DNA of 64,000 nt from assembly GCF_009914755.1 (NCBI RefSeq), contig NC_060930.1; one strand, given 5' to 3'. Positions 62,180 through 64,000 of the stretch are shown here, one piece after another. Source of the DNA: the human T2T-CHM13v2.0 reference genome, Homo sapiens. The translations under genes were made by a program, and so were the position numbers. The first letter of the stretch is position 1. Every line of letters starts with the position of its first letter. The notes below the pieces were generated by a model. It ran no database searches. It was not told the origin of the DNA and saw only the letters and a program-made list of their open reading frames with translations.

Positions 62180-63120
<941 letters not shown>

Positions 63121-63685
63121 TGATTGGCATCTTCTATGGGGCCTGAAGATGAGAGCTTAATTGCTGTCAGTGTTTAAGATTTAGCAGTACTGAGTGTCCT
63201 TTTTAGACCCAGGAGTTAAAGCCCTCTAACTCGATGTTGCAAGGACTTTAAAAACACATGCAGGAAGATACATGGATAAAATGAACTTAAATTAAAAAAT
63301 TTATCTCAGTTTTTTTCTAAGCAAACCAAAATGTAATAATAATATGACAACTTGATTATATAAAAGTTTTTGATTTTTTAAAAATATGAAATCCTTTTAT
63401 TGTGACTTACACTGACCATTCTTGACATGCTTTGATTTTCTGGTTTTTCCTGAACATCCTCCTTTTTAAACAACCAGTTATTTTATTTTGGGACTAAATT
63501 TATCATATAACATTTATTCTTATATAAAATTATTCTCTTTAAGCTTTTTTACCTGAAAATCCCCCTTTATTTTTATAACTTTCTTTACAACTTTTTAAAT
63601 TTCCTGGTATCTTTTACCTTGTTTTATACATAACTTTTAAATAAGTTTAGAATTAGACAAAACTTGTTCACTTTTTTATTTTTAA

Positions 63686-64000
<315 letters not shown>

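Overview
Repeat-dense human genomic DNA. An AluYa5 with a 40-nt pure A tail indicates human origin; I cannot name the locus or any host gene. Roughly 60% is LINE-1: a full-length L1PA5-like element nested in a full-length L1PA7-like one, two long L1MA-class elements, an L1P3/P4-class element and a twin-primed L1PA4-like element. The rest includes Alus, MIR/L2, MaLR and ERVL LTRs, the 3' part of a MER4-group provirus, and DNA transposon relics (Tigger1/2/3, MER20, half a MADE1). Nearly every supplied ORF is a broken L1/Alu/Tigger frame; the only intact frame I recognise is an L1 antisense ORF0. I found no supportable cellular exon, RNA gene, CRISPR array or new multi-gene system. The best leads are mechanistic footprints: a TSD-flanked, polyadenylated 0.53-kb orphan retrocopy (50091-50621), an L1 3' transduction carrying a Tigger2 fragment (4403-4942), a probable gene-conversion tract between the nested L1s, and several templated-insertion or snap-back repair scars. 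Subfamily names come from remembered consensus sequences and need RepeatMasker/Dfam confirmation; boundaries of old repeats are approximate.
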